In this document: positions 101,348 through 111,358 of the stretch, one piece after another
Position numbering within the stretch: the first letter of the stretch is position 1
Layout of the letters: each line of letters begins with the position of its first letter
Source: Hyalangium minutum
GTDB taxonomy: Bacteria; Myxococcota; Myxococcia; Myxococcales; Myxococcaceae
Reading direction: 5' to 3'
DNA: 248,000 nt
Assembly: GCF_000737315.1 (NCBI RefSeq)
Contig: NZ_JMCB01000002.1
Location: forward strand, 20,001-268,000
Position numbers and translations under genes: made by a program
Notes under the pieces: generated by a model
The model's database searches: none
What the model was told of the DNA's origin: nothing
Seen by the model: the letters and a program-made list of their open reading frames with translations, nothing else

Positions 101348-103150
101348 TCAAGCGGCGACTGCCCCTTCTCCCAGGAGCTGTGCATAGCGGCCCTGGCGCG
101401 CCACCAGCTCCGCGTGTGTGCCGGACTCCACCACCCGGCCCGCGTCCAGCACGACGATGAGGTCCGCGTCCCGCACCGTGGAGAGCCGGTGCGCGATGAC
101501 GAGCACCGTGCGGCCCTTCATCAGCTCCGCCAGTCCCGCCCCTACCGCGGCCTCGCTGGCCGCGTCCAGGGCGCTCGTGGGCTCGTCCAGCAGCAGCAGC
101601 GACGGCCGGCGCAGGAACGCCCGGGCCAGGGCCAGCCGCTGCCGCTGTCCGCCCGAGAGCCGGGAGCCGCGCTCACCCACGGGCTCGTCCAGTCCTCCCG
101701 GCAGCGCCCGCACGAAGTCCTCCGCATGGGCCAGGGCCAGCGCCTCCCAGATGTCCGCGTCGGTGGCCTCGGGCCGCCCCAGCAACAGGTTGTGGCGCAC
101801 CGTGCCGGAGAAGAGGACGGGCTCCTGTGGCACCCAGGCCATCTGCGCCCGGACGCTCGAGGGCTTCAGCTCCGTCATGGGCACGCCATCCCAGCGCACC
101901 GTCCCGCCGCTTGTGGGCAGGAAGCCAAGCAGTACTGAAAACAGCGTCGTCTTTCCCGCGCCCGAGGCTCCCACCAGCGCCACCCGCGCGCCCGCGGGCA
102001 CCGTGAGGCTCACCCCGCGCATGCCCTCGCGGCCGTCCAGGTACGTGGCGCGCACGTCCTCCAACACCAGCGCCTGCTTCAGCGGCTCCGCCGTGCGGCC
102101 CTCGTCCGGAGGCGAGGGCTCGTCCGCGATGGCGAAGAGGCGCTCGGCCGCCACCAGGCCCGTGAGCACCTGCGAGAGCGTGCCGCTCAGGGACTTCACC
102201 GGCTGGTAGAGCAGCAGCGCCGCCGCGATGAACGAGAGCAGCCGCCCCGCCAGCGCGGGCTCCGCCGCCACCGCCCGAGCGCCCCACATCACCACCAGTG
102301 CCACGCCGAAGATGCCCAGCATCTCCACCGTGGGGCTGAAGGCCCCGCGCAGGAACAGCGAGCGGCGCATCTCTCCCAGGTAGCGCTCGGCCTCCGCATC
102401 GAACGTCACCAGCGCCCGAGGCACTCCACCGTACGCCTGCACCACCGGCAGGTTCTGCAACTGCTCGGAGGTGAGCGAGGTGAGCGCCCCGAGGCTCGTC
102501 TGCGAGCGCGTGGCCACCTTCTTCAACGAGCGCGCGAACCGCGTCACCGGCACCACGGTGGCGGGCATCACCACGAAGGTCAGCAAGGACAGCTTCGCGT
102601 CGATCATCGCGCAGGTGACGAGCAGCGCGAAAATCTGCATCCCATCCTTCACATAGGAGGACAGCGCCTGCGTCACCGCGAACTCCACCAGGGGGATGTC
102701 TGCGGTGAAGCGCGAGAGCAGCTCGCCCGAGTGCCGCCGCTCGAAGAAGGCGGGAGGCTGGTTCAGCAGCCGCGAGTAGAAGAAGCCGCGCAGGTCCGCC
102801 ATCACCCGCTGCCCCAGCCGCTGCATCCACCCGCCCTGGAGGAACTGGGCCGTGGCCTTCACCGCTGCCACCGCCACCACCAGCCAGGGCAGCCGGCGCA
102901 GCATCTCGTTCGGAGGCAGTTGCAGGCCGGCCAGCGCAATGGACTCGCCGGTGAGCACCGCGCGCAGCAGCGGGCCCACCAACCACGCGTACGCCGAGGT
103001 GGCGGCCGCGGCCAGCAGCGACGCCCCCAGGCCCGCCACGAGCAGGCGCCGGTACGGCCGCAAATAGCTCAACAGTCGACGGTAGATGAACGGCGAGGGA
103101 CGGGGCGCCAAAGCGGCGCGGACTCTCTCACCCCAAGTGCCCAGGTCCAA
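101348..103150 (-). CDS. MsbA-like ABC exporter
   Basis: TMD plus GASGAGKT, LSGGQ, LLLDE. Confidence 0.92.
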   Translation of the reverse strand: MDLGTWGERVRAALAPRPSPFIYRRLLSYLRPYRRLLVAGLGASLLAAAATSAYAWLVGPLLRAVLTGESIALAGLQLPPNEMLRRLPWLVVAVAAVKATAQFLQGGWMQRLGQRVMADLRGFFYSRLLNQPPAFFERRHSGELLSRFTADIPLVEFAVTQALSSYVKDGMQIFALLVTCAMIDAKLSLLTFVVMPATVVPVTRFARSLKKVATRSQTSLGALTSLTSEQLQNLPVVQAYGGVPRALVTFDAEAERYLGEMRRSLFLRGAFSPTVEMLGIFGVALVVMWGARAVAAEPALAGRLLSFIAAALLLYQPVKSLSGTLSQVLTGLVAAERLFAIADEPSPPDEGRTAEPLKQALVLEDVRATYLDGREGMRGVSLTVPAGARVALVGASGAGKTTLFSVLLGFLPTSGGTVRWDGVPMTELKPSSVRAQMAWVPQEPVLFSGTVRHNLLLGRPEATDADIWEALALAHAEDFVRALPGGLDEPVGERGSRLSGGQRQRLALARAFLRRPSLLLLDEPTSALDAASEAAVGAGLAELMKGRTVLVIAHRLSTVRDADLIVVLDAGRVVESGTHAELVARQGRYAQLLGEGAVAA

Positions 103151-103262
103151 GGCGCTTCACAGCAGCGGGCTCGCTTCCCTGGCTACTGCTCAGCCCACCT
103201 GCCACCGCACGCTGGCCCGTTCGTTGCTGTGGGCGGGTGTGGCCAACAGCTTTCGGAAAGCC

Positions 103263-103709
103263 ATGGACATCAACGATACGAACCAAAAAGAGGCGCTGTT
103301 CAGTCCCGGCTGTGAGCCGGTTGTCGAGGACGAGGAGCGGCGGCGGCTCCTCTGGCTCATGGCCGAGTACTTCAGGACGATCGGCTATACGGACATCAAA
103401 GCGCGGCTCCCGGGCTTCATGCCGCCTCCCATTCTTTCGGGAACCATCGAGGACCACCGTCCCGATTTTACATGCCGGCAGACTGACTCGGCCCGCACGC
103501 CCATCATCCTCGAGGTCGTCACGCCAGAGATGGTGGAGGATCCAACCGCCGAGAACCGGTGGAGCCTGCTGGCCAGCGCCGCCAAGCTCTACAACGCCGA
103601 GCTCCACTTCGTGGTCCCCAAGTGGTCGCCTATAGGGCCCGTGGACGCCGCACTCAAGCGCCGGCTGGCTCGCATGGAGCTCCTCGTCAATCGCGTCTGG
103701 CTGGTCTGA
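103263..103709 (+). CDS. small PD-(D/E)xK-like protein
   Basis: RPDF...ILEV. Confidence 0.5.
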   Translation: MDINDTNQKEALFSPGCEPVVEDEERRRLLWLMAEYFRTIGYTDIKARLPGFMPPPILSGTIEDHRPDFTCRQTDSARTPIILEVVTPEMVEDPTAENRWSLLASAAKLYNAELHFVVPKWSPIGPVDAALKRRLARMELLVNRVWLV

Positions 103710-103819
103710 CGGCCTGGAACGTCGCGCATCCCCCTGGATTGCTGGCTCGAAACCCTGCGTTATAGTGGATCAGTTTCTACGCAGGCTTAAAAGGCCAGTA
103801 AATCCAGGGGTTTGACGCG

Positions 103820-104953
103820 ATGGCAGCGGCGGCGGGACAGAAGCGCGACTACTACGAGATTCTCGGCGTCCAGAAGAACGTCAATCCGCAGGAGCTGAAG
103901 AGCGCCTTCCGGAAGGTGGCCCTCCAGTACCACCCGGACCGCAACCCGGGGGACCAGGCGGCCGAGGAGAAGTTCAAGGAGGCGTCTGAAGCCTACGAAG
104001 TGCTGAGCGATCCGGAGCGCCGGGCCCGGTATGACCGGTTTGGCCACGCCGGAGCGGGCGGTGCCGGCTTCGAGGGCTTTGGCGGCTTCCAGGGCGTCAA
104101 CATCAACGACATCTTCGGGGACATCTTCGGCGAGATCTTCGGCGGCGGTGGTGGCCGAGGGCGGGGCCGGGGCGGTGTCGGCCGGGGTGCGGACCTCCGT
104201 TACAACCTGGAGATCTCCTTCGAGGAGGCGGCGTTCGGCTGCCGTCCCAAGGTTCCGATTCCGCGTCCCAAGAAGTGCGAGGTGTGCAGCGGCTCGGGGA
104301 GCAAGAGCGGCGCGCCGCCCAAGCAGTGCGCCACGTGCGGCGGCGTGGGCGAGGTGCGCTTCACGCAGGGCTTCTTCGCCGTGTCTCGCGCGTGCCACGA
104401 CTGCAACGGCACGGGCGCGGTGATTCCGGATCCGTGCTCGAAGTGCAAGGGCTCGGGCAAGGTGCCCTCGGAAGAGGTGCTCGAGGTGAACATCCCCGGT
104501 GGCGTGGACAACGGCACCCGGGTGCGCCTGACGGGCATGGGCGAGCCGGGCGAGCGCGGCGGTCCTCCGGGAGACCTCTACGTCACGGTGATCGTCCGCG
104601 AGCACCCGCTGTTCCAGCGCGAGGACAACGAGGTGTTCTGCGAGGTGCCCATCTCCTTCACGCAGGCGGCGCTGGGCGCGAAGATCGACGTGCCCACGCT
104701 GGACGGGAAGGTGAAGATGACCATCCCCGCGGGCACCCAGTCCGGCAAGGTGTTCCGGCTCAAGGGCAAGGGCATTCCGCACCTGCACAGCCAGCAGCGC
104801 GGTGATCAGCACGTGCGCGTCATGATCGAGACGCCCACGGACTTGTCCGCCAAGCAGCGCGAGCTGCTGGAGAAGTTCGCGGAGCTGTCGGGCGAGGAGT
104901 CCCACCCGCAGTCCAAGAGCTTCTTCGCCAAGGTGAAGGAGCTGTTCGGCTAG
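103820..104953 (+). CDS. dnaJ: chaperone DnaJ
   Basis: HPD, G/F region, four CxxCxGxG. Confidence 0.97.
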   Translation: MAAAAGQKRDYYEILGVQKNVNPQELKSAFRKVALQYHPDRNPGDQAAEEKFKEASEAYEVLSDPERRARYDRFGHAGAGGAGFEGFGGFQGVNINDIFGDIFGEIFGGGGGRGRGRGGVGRGADLRYNLEISFEEAAFGCRPKVPIPRPKKCEVCSGSGSKSGAPPKQCATCGGVGEVRFTQGFFAVSRACHDCNGTGAVIPDPCSKCKGSGKVPSEEVLEVNIPGGVDNGTRVRLTGMGEPGERGGPPGDLYVTVIVREHPLFQREDNEVFCEVPISFTQAALGAKIDVPTLDGKVKMTIPAGTQSGKVFRLKGKGIPHLHSQQRGDQHVRVMIETPTDLSAKQRELLEKFAELSGEESHPQSKSFFAKVKELFG

Positions 104954-104976
104954 GTCCGCTGCGCTAGGCTTCGGGC

Positions 104977-105657
104977 ATGATCCGCGTGTGCCTCGTGTCC
105001 GTGCTGCTGTTGAGTGCGCTGAGCCCGCTGCCGGGGCTCGCGCAGATCTCGCCGCCGCCTCTCGTGGCCGCGCCCCCCGGGCAGCTCCTCCCCTCCGAGG
105101 AGGGGAGCGACGAGAAGCCCCCAGGAGAGCTCATCCCGCGCTCCCCCGAGACGCTGAACGGCTCGGAGGGCAGAGCGGGGCGTGTCGTGCTCGAGTCCCT
105201 GGGAGGCGTTCTGCTCGGAGCCATAGGAGGAGTGCCTGCCTTCGGCCTGTCCCTGCTGTTCACCTTTGACTGTGACGGCTGCCACAACACCAACGGGGAG
105301 GCGACGATCCTGGCATTGGCCGGCGTCGCGGGCTTCCTCGGCGGAACGGCGCTCGGGGTGAAGCTGGGCGGGGCGCTCATGGGAGGCGAGGGCCGCTACC
105401 TGCCGACACTCGCTGGGGCGGGTCTGGGGACCCTGGCCGGCGTCCTCGTCGCGCTGCCCACGGGGTTGCTCGTTCATGAGCTGCTGGCCGTTGTTCCGTT
105501 GATCGCGGGCCCCTTCGTCGGAGCCATCATCGGCTACGAGCTGTCGCACTCGAACGAGCTCGAGCGCAAGGCGGCGGGCACCGGTGTGAAGGTGCTCCCG
105601 GCTGTGAGCCTGCGTCCCTCGGGCGGAGTGGTGGCAGGGCTGATGGGTTCGTTCTGA
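104977..105657 (+). CDS. exported/membrane hypothetical protein
   Basis: Signal peptide, Gly-zipper TMs. Confidence 0.55.
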   Translation: MIRVCLVSVLLLSALSPLPGLAQISPPPLVAAPPGQLLPSEEGSDEKPPGELIPRSPETLNGSEGRAGRVVLESLGGVLLGAIGGVPAFGLSLLFTFDCDGCHNTNGEATILALAGVAGFLGGTALGVKLGGALMGGEGRYLPTLAGAGLGTLAGVLVALPTGLLVHELLAVVPLIAGPFVGAIIGYELSHSNELERKAAGTGVKVLPAVSLRPSGGVVAGLMGSF

Positions 105658-105874
105658 GTCCTGGCTGACTGCGCGCCCGGTGATTACCTCGGTGTAGCCG
105701 TGCCTACCTCGGCGGTGGGCGTGTGCCTGCTCAGCCCTCGACGGTTCGGGAGAACGCGCCTCACGCGAGTGCTTGGGAGTCGACGTTCGCCCGTCCGGGG
105801 GCGGGCGGGCACTCACCATCCCGGAAAGTCATGCGCATCTGGGCGGCCACACCACCCGGTCGGGGGGAGTTCAC

Positions 105875-108800
105875 GTGGCCACGTACCGACTCGTCCGCAA
105901 GCTGGCCGCGGGCGGCATGGCGGAAGTCTTCTTCGCGAAGGTGCTCGGAGCCGAGGGCTTCGAGAAGCCCGTTGCGGTCAAGCGCGTCTTGCCGTCGCTG
106001 TCGCAGAACCAGGAGTTCACCGAGCTGTTCCTTCGCGAGGCCAAGCTCACCGTCTCCCTGCAGCACGCCAACGTCGTCCAGGTGTTTGATCTCGGCTGTG
106101 CCCGCGGCCAGCACTACATGGTGATGGAGTTCGTGGACGGAGAGAACCTCCGCACGCTCCAGCGCGCCGCCGCCAACCAGCAGGTTCCCCTGGGCCTGCG
106201 CGAGGTGTGCTTCATCGTCCAGCAGGTCGCCGAGGGCCTGGCCTACGCCCACGAGAAGCTCGACGCTTCCGGACGTCCGCTCAACATCATCCACCGCGAC
106301 ATCAACCCGTCCAACGTCATGGTGTCCTCGGCCGGCGAGGTGAAGCTCGCCGACTTTGGCATCGCCAAGGCCGCCAACGTTCAGAACGGCACCGAGGTGG
106401 GCGTGGTGAAGGGGAAGATGGGCTACCTCGCCCCCGAGCAGGTGCGCGGCGCTGCAGTGGATCAGCGCGCGGACCTCTTTCTCCTGGGGCTGCTCTTGTA
106501 TGAGCTGCTCTCCGGCCAGCAGCTCTTCTGCGGCCCGGACTACTTCCAGATCCTCCGCGACATCTCGTCCTTTGATGTGAAGACGGTGGTGCCGGTGCCC
106601 GGTGTGCCCGCGCCGCTGTGGAGCATCGTGACTCGGGCGCTGGCGCCGGATCCGGTGGCCCGCTTCCAGCGCGCTCGGGACTTGTCGGACGCGCTGCAGA
106701 ACTTCCTCTTTGATCACCGCCTGCGCGTGGGCCCCCAGGATGTGGCCAAGCTCTTCGCGCGCATCTTCCCTGGGCGGCGCTCGCCGCTGGACACAGGAGT
106801 TCCGGGCACGGCGGAGACCCGTGGCGAGGAGATTCGCCTCGGTGAGCAAGGCGCCTCTCCTCCGGGAGGGACGCGCGGCGTGGCTGTCCGCACCGCGACG
106901 TCGCAGGAGCCCGCTCAGGGCGCGCCTTCGAGGGCGACGCCTGTGCCCTTGCCCCAGACGCAGATCGCGGCTCCCGGGGGCGCCGTGCCGAAGACCGTCG
107001 CCATTCGCACCCACTCGCGCTCGGATCTGCAGCGCCCGGCCACGCCGCCGCCGCTGCCGCAGGGGACGGCGGGAAACCCCGAGCCGGGCCGACGCCTCAC
107101 GCCGGTCCCGCTGCCTCAGCCGCCAAACCCGGACTCCTCGCGGCGGATTCCACTGCCACCGCGCTCCGCGTCGGCTCAGGTGCTGCAGCTCGCCGCCCAG
107201 CGCCCCCGTCCGGCGGTGCGCCGCCCCCTGGGAGAGCTGTTGCTCGCCGCCGGGAAGCTGACAGAGGCGCAGCTCAAGAACATCCTCGACCGGCAGCGGC
107301 GCGAGGGTGGGAAGCTGGGTGAGCGCCTCGTGTCCGAGGGGCTCGTCACGGACGAGGAGTTGGTGGCCGTTGTTGGCGAGCAGTTGGGCATTCCGTTCAT
107401 CTCGGAGGCGCAGCTCCGAGCGCTGCCCGTGCCCACGCTGCTGCTGCCGCTGCTGCCGGTGGAGCACGCCGAGCGCTTCGAGGCCGTTCCCCTCACGCTT
107501 CAGGGCAAGGAGCTCTTCTGCGCCATGCGCGAGCCTCAGAACCTGGAGCGCCTGGACGAGCTCCAGTTCCGCACCGGGTACGCCGTGCGCGGGCTGCTCG
107601 CCAGCGAGGGCGCCATCCGCCGCACCATCAACCGCTTCTATCGCGGGGACGATTCGGCTGCCCCCGACTGGGCCAGCATGATGAAGGTGAGCGCCTCGGA
107701 GCCGCAGCCGGGTGCCTCCCCTGGGTCCCTGCCCGAGGAGACCGCCCTCCAGCCTGTGGAGCCGCCGCCGCCCGCTCCAGCGCCGGAGCCGGTGTCACCT
107801 CCTGTGCCTCCCGCTCCCGCGCCGCAGCCGTCGCGCACGCCGCCGCGCTCGCTGGCGCGCACTCTGCTGGTGGTCGCGGATGATCCAGAGCAGCGGGACG
107901 CGGCCGTGCAGCTCCTCTCGAGGCAGGGCGTGGCGGCGGCCGGCAGCTCCAGTGCCGAGGCCGAGCGCGCGGTGGCCCTCGGTGGTATCGAGGTGGCCCT
108001 GGTCGCAAGCGACACCCTCGCGGATGCATCGGGGGTGGTGGCCCGGCTGATGGCGGCGGCGCCCACCATGGAGGTGCGCGTCCTGCCCTCGCTGGCGGAG
108101 GCACTCGCCGGTGAGGCGGGCCCGCTGGGACGCGCGGCGCGGCTGCACGCACGGGTGCTGGATGCAGCCCTGGCGGCTCTCGGAGGCGCGGGGGTGCAGG
108201 GGGCGGCGCTGGCGAGGTTGGCCCGGCGCGTGGCGCTTCGGCTCGGGGCCGGCAGAGCGGAGGCGGAGCGGGCCTCGGCCGCCGCGTACGCCATGGCCTG
108301 TGCGGCGCGCCTCGAGGGCAAGGAGATCTACGCGAAGCCCGGCTGCGAGGCCGTGCGCGCGCTGCTGGGCAGGGACGCGGGTGAGCTGGCCTCGGTGCTC
108401 GGTGCCCCCTCTGAAGGAACGCCCGCAGCCCAGCCGAGCCGCGCGGCTCTGGCGCTCAACGCGGCCACGGCACTGATGGAGGCGGTGGGGACGGACGCTC
108501 CGAAGCCGGAGGATGCGTCGCGTGCGCTCGTCCGGCTGCGCGAGGAGGGCCGCGTCCCCGCCATCGCCTTGGAGGCCCTGGCCGCCGAGGTGGCCGAGCT
108601 GGTGCTGGGAGATGCCGCCTCTCCCACGATTGTGTTGGCCGAGCCGGATCCCGCGCGCTCCGCCACGCTCCAGGCGCGCTTCCTGGCCGAGGGCGTGCGC
108701 GTGATGCTCGCGGACTCGGTGGCCCGCGCCCGGGAGCTGCTGGCGGGAGGCGCCCGCGTCCTGGTGATGGCCGCTCGCCTGCCGGACGGGGATGGGGCCT

Positions 108801-109009
108801 CGCTGACGCGGGAGCTGCGCGTGGCCACGCCCACCGCCGAGGTGCCCATCTTCATCCTCGCCTCTCCAGAGGATCCGGGGATGGTGGAGGCAGGGCTCGA
108901 TGCCGGGGCGGATGACGTGCTCACCTACCCGGTGAACCCGGACGTGCTGGCGGCGAAGGTGCGCCGGGCGCTCCAGCCGCGCCGTCCCGTGGTGGCGGCG
109001 GCGAGCTGA
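105875..109009 (+). CDS. Ser/Thr kinase with MshEN-like and REC domains
   Basis: HRDINPSN, DFG; PLGELLL..G..T..QL..IL.RQ repeat; C-terminal REC. Confidence 0.88.
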   Translation: MATYRLVRKLAAGGMAEVFFAKVLGAEGFEKPVAVKRVLPSLSQNQEFTELFLREAKLTVSLQHANVVQVFDLGCARGQHYMVMEFVDGENLRTLQRAAANQQVPLGLREVCFIVQQVAEGLAYAHEKLDASGRPLNIIHRDINPSNVMVSSAGEVKLADFGIAKAANVQNGTEVGVVKGKMGYLAPEQVRGAAVDQRADLFLLGLLLYELLSGQQLFCGPDYFQILRDISSFDVKTVVPVPGVPAPLWSIVTRALAPDPVARFQRARDLSDALQNFLFDHRLRVGPQDVAKLFARIFPGRRSPLDTGVPGTAETRGEEIRLGEQGASPPGGTRGVAVRTATSQEPAQGAPSRATPVPLPQTQIAAPGGAVPKTVAIRTHSRSDLQRPATPPPLPQGTAGNPEPGRRLTPVPLPQPPNPDSSRRIPLPPRSASAQVLQLAAQRPRPAVRRPLGELLLAAGKLTEAQLKNILDRQRREGGKLGERLVSEGLVTDEELVAVVGEQLGIPFISEAQLRALPVPTLLLPLLPVEHAERFEAVPLTLQGKELFCAMREPQNLERLDELQFRTGYAVRGLLASEGAIRRTINRFYRGDDSAAPDWASMMKVSASEPQPGASPGSLPEETALQPVEPPPPAPAPEPVSPPVPPAPAPQPSRTPPRSLARTLLVVADDPEQRDAAVQLLSRQGVAAAGSSSAEAERAVALGGIEVALVASDTLADASGVVARLMAAAPTMEVRVLPSLAEALAGEAGPLGRAARLHARVLDAALAALGGAGVQGAALARLARRVALRLGAGRAEAERASAAAYAMACAARLEGKEIYAKPGCEAVRALLGRDAGELASVLGAPSEGTPAAQPSRAALALNAATALMEAVGTDAPKPEDASRALVRLREEGRVPAIALEALAAEVAELVLGDAASPTIVLAEPDPARSATLQARFLAEGVRVMLADSVARARELLAGGARVLVMAARLPDGDGASLTRELRVATPTAEVPIFILASPEDPGMVEAGLDAGADDVLTYPVNPDVLAAKVRRALQPRRPVVAAAS

Positions 109010-109204
109010 GTGGCCGAGCAGCCTCGCCCACACACACCCGCGATGCCCACGAGCCACGCGCGTGGCTGGAGACCCACGGCGTTGCGGGGCCAACCCCTCG
109101 AAGTGTCAGGCAGTGGAGGAGGGCATGGGCACTGCAGGCGCCCAGACGTCTTCCCCGGAATCTTCCCGGCGCTCGATTGTCGACGGAGGCGCACCCACAC
109201 TGCT

Positions 109205-111358
109205 ATGCACCCCCCCACCATGGAAGTCCTCTCCCTTTCTTCGCGCCGAGCCCTGGGGCTGGGGCTGGCGCTGCTCCTCACCGCCTGTCCGAAGACGACG
109301 ACCCCCGTTCGAGGAGGTGCTGGAGGGACCGGCGAAGGTTCTCAGCAGACCCTCCCGACGAAGCCTCAGGTCGAGGCGAAGAAGGACGCCACGGCGGACG
109401 CGGCGCTGGCCCAGGCCGTGGAGACTGCGGCGCGCACGCCGGACAAGCTGCAGGCGGCCGAGGTGTTGCTCACAGTGCGCAAGACGTACCCGGGCACCAC
109501 TGCCAGCCAGGAGGCGCTCTACCGCGCCGGTGTCCTCTACTTCGAGTCCGAGAACTACGCCGAGGCCCGGAAGACCTTCAACGAGCTGCTCTTCGAGAAC
109601 CCGCTCTACCCGCAGGCGGAGGACGCCAAGTACAAGCTGGCCCTGTCCGCGCTGGAGGTGGGCGCGTACCGGGATGCGTACCAGACGCTCTCCAGCCTCG
109701 CCGAGCGGGCCGAGGGCGCCCAGCGCGAGAAGCTCCTCCAGGAGGCTGCTCGGGCCGCGGAGGGCGCGGGGCTGTTTGGCGTGGCGCTCGACAACGCGGT
109801 GAAGGCGGCCGAGGACGCGAAGACGCCCCAGGAGCAGGCCGCCGCGGTGCAGCGGGTGGAGCAGCTGGTGGAGGGCCGCGCGTCCTTCGTGGATGTGGCC
109901 CGCGTGGTGGAGGGCATGTCGCCCCGGCACCCGGCGTGGCCCGTGCTGACCTTCAAGCTGGCGCGCATCTACTACCACCTGCGCGACTGGACGCGGCTCG
110001 AGGAGACGCTGAACCGCTTCCTGCAGGAGGCCCCCAGCTCCCCGTTCGCCGGACAGGCCCGCGAGCTGCTGAGCCGCGCCACCCGCCGCGTGGAGGTGCG
110101 TCCCAAGACGGTGGGCGTGCTGCTGCCGATGACGGGCCGCTACAAGCCCATCGGTGAGGCGGTGCTGCGCGGTGTGCAGCTGGGGCTGGCGGGCAGTGAC
110201 ATCGAGCTCATCGTCAAGGACACCCAGGGCGAGGTGATGCTGGCGGGGCAGGCGGTGGAGCAGCTGGCGTTCGACGAGGGCGCCATCGCCGTGCTCGGGC
110301 CGCTGCTGCCGGATGACTCGCGCCGCGCGGCGCTGGTGGCCGAGGAGCTCCAGATTCCCCTGCTGACGATGACGCGCGCCGAGGGAATCACGGAGATTGG
110401 CCCGCACGTGTTCCGCAACATGCTGACGAACTCGGCGCAGGCGCAGGCCATCGCGGACTACGCCATGCGCGTGCGCGGCTTCAAGCGCTTCGCGGTGCTC
110501 TACCCGAACATCCCGTACGGCGTGGAGATGGCCAACGGCTTCTGGGACGAGGTGGTGGAGAAGGGCGGCACGGTGCGCGGCGCGGAGAGCTACGCGCACG
110601 ACCAGACGACCTTCACGGACGAGGCCAAGAAGCTGGTGGGCCGCTACTACCTGGAGGACCGCGCCGACTACCTGGAGGGCATGCGCGACATCCAGGGCGA
110701 GAGCCTGGATGCGTTCCGCAAGCGCAAGGCGGTGGAGAAGCTCAAGGGTGGCCTGGAGCCGGTGGTGGACTTCGAGGCCATCTTCATCCCGGACGACTGG
110801 AAGCGCGTGAGCCTGGTGGGCCCGGCGCTCGCGGTGGAGGACATCATCACCAACGCGTGCGACCCGAGGGACTTGGAGCGCATCCGCAAGACGACGGGGA
110901 AGAAGGACCTGAAGACGGTGACGCTGCTGGGCACCAATACGTGGAGCAGCCCGAAGGGCCGCTCGGGGCTGCCGGAGCTCATCGAGCGCGGCGGCAAGTT
111001 CGTCACCTGCTCGGTGTACGTGGACGGCTTCTTCATCGACTCGCAGCGCCCGGCCACGCGCAAGTTCGTCCAGGCCTTCCGCGAGGCCTACAAGGACGTG
111101 GACAAGGATCCGGGGCTGCTGGAGGCCATTGGGTATGACTCGGCGCTGATGCTGCGGCAGCTCATCGACAAGCAGCGCCCGCGCACGCGCAGCGACATGC
111201 GCGAGGCGCTCCTGAACCTGAAGAACTTCGAGGGCGCCACGGGCCGCACCTCGTTCAGCGACAAGCGCGAGGCGGTCAAGCCGCTCTTCATGCTGTCCGT
111301 GGACAACCGGGGCGTGAAGGAGCTCCCGCCGGAGGCTGCTGGAGGCTCGGGCTCATGA
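109205..111358 (+). CDS. LpoA-like penicillin-binding protein activator lipoprotein
   Basis: LTAC lipobox, TPR, periplasmic binding fold (VGVLLPMTG). Confidence 0.8.
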   Translation: MHPPTMEVLSLSSRRALGLGLALLLTACPKTTTPVRGGAGGTGEGSQQTLPTKPQVEAKKDATADAALAQAVETAARTPDKLQAAEVLLTVRKTYPGTTASQEALYRAGVLYFESENYAEARKTFNELLFENPLYPQAEDAKYKLALSALEVGAYRDAYQTLSSLAERAEGAQREKLLQEAARAAEGAGLFGVALDNAVKAAEDAKTPQEQAAAVQRVEQLVEGRASFVDVARVVEGMSPRHPAWPVLTFKLARIYYHLRDWTRLEETLNRFLQEAPSSPFAGQARELLSRATRRVEVRPKTVGVLLPMTGRYKPIGEAVLRGVQLGLAGSDIELIVKDTQGEVMLAGQAVEQLAFDEGAIAVLGPLLPDDSRRAALVAEELQIPLLTMTRAEGITEIGPHVFRNMLTNSAQAQAIADYAMRVRGFKRFAVLYPNIPYGVEMANGFWDEVVEKGGTVRGAESYAHDQTTFTDEAKKLVGRYYLEDRADYLEGMRDIQGESLDAFRKRKAVEKLKGGLEPVVDFEAIFIPDDWKRVSLVGPALAVEDIITNACDPRDLERIRKTTGKKDLKTVTLLGTNTWSSPKGRSGLPELIERGGKFVTCSVYVDGFFIDSQRPATRKFVQAFREAYKDVDKDPGLLEAIGYDSALMLRQLIDKQRPRTRSDMREALLNLKNFEGATGRTSFSDKREAVKPLFMLSVDNRGVKELPPEAAGGSGS

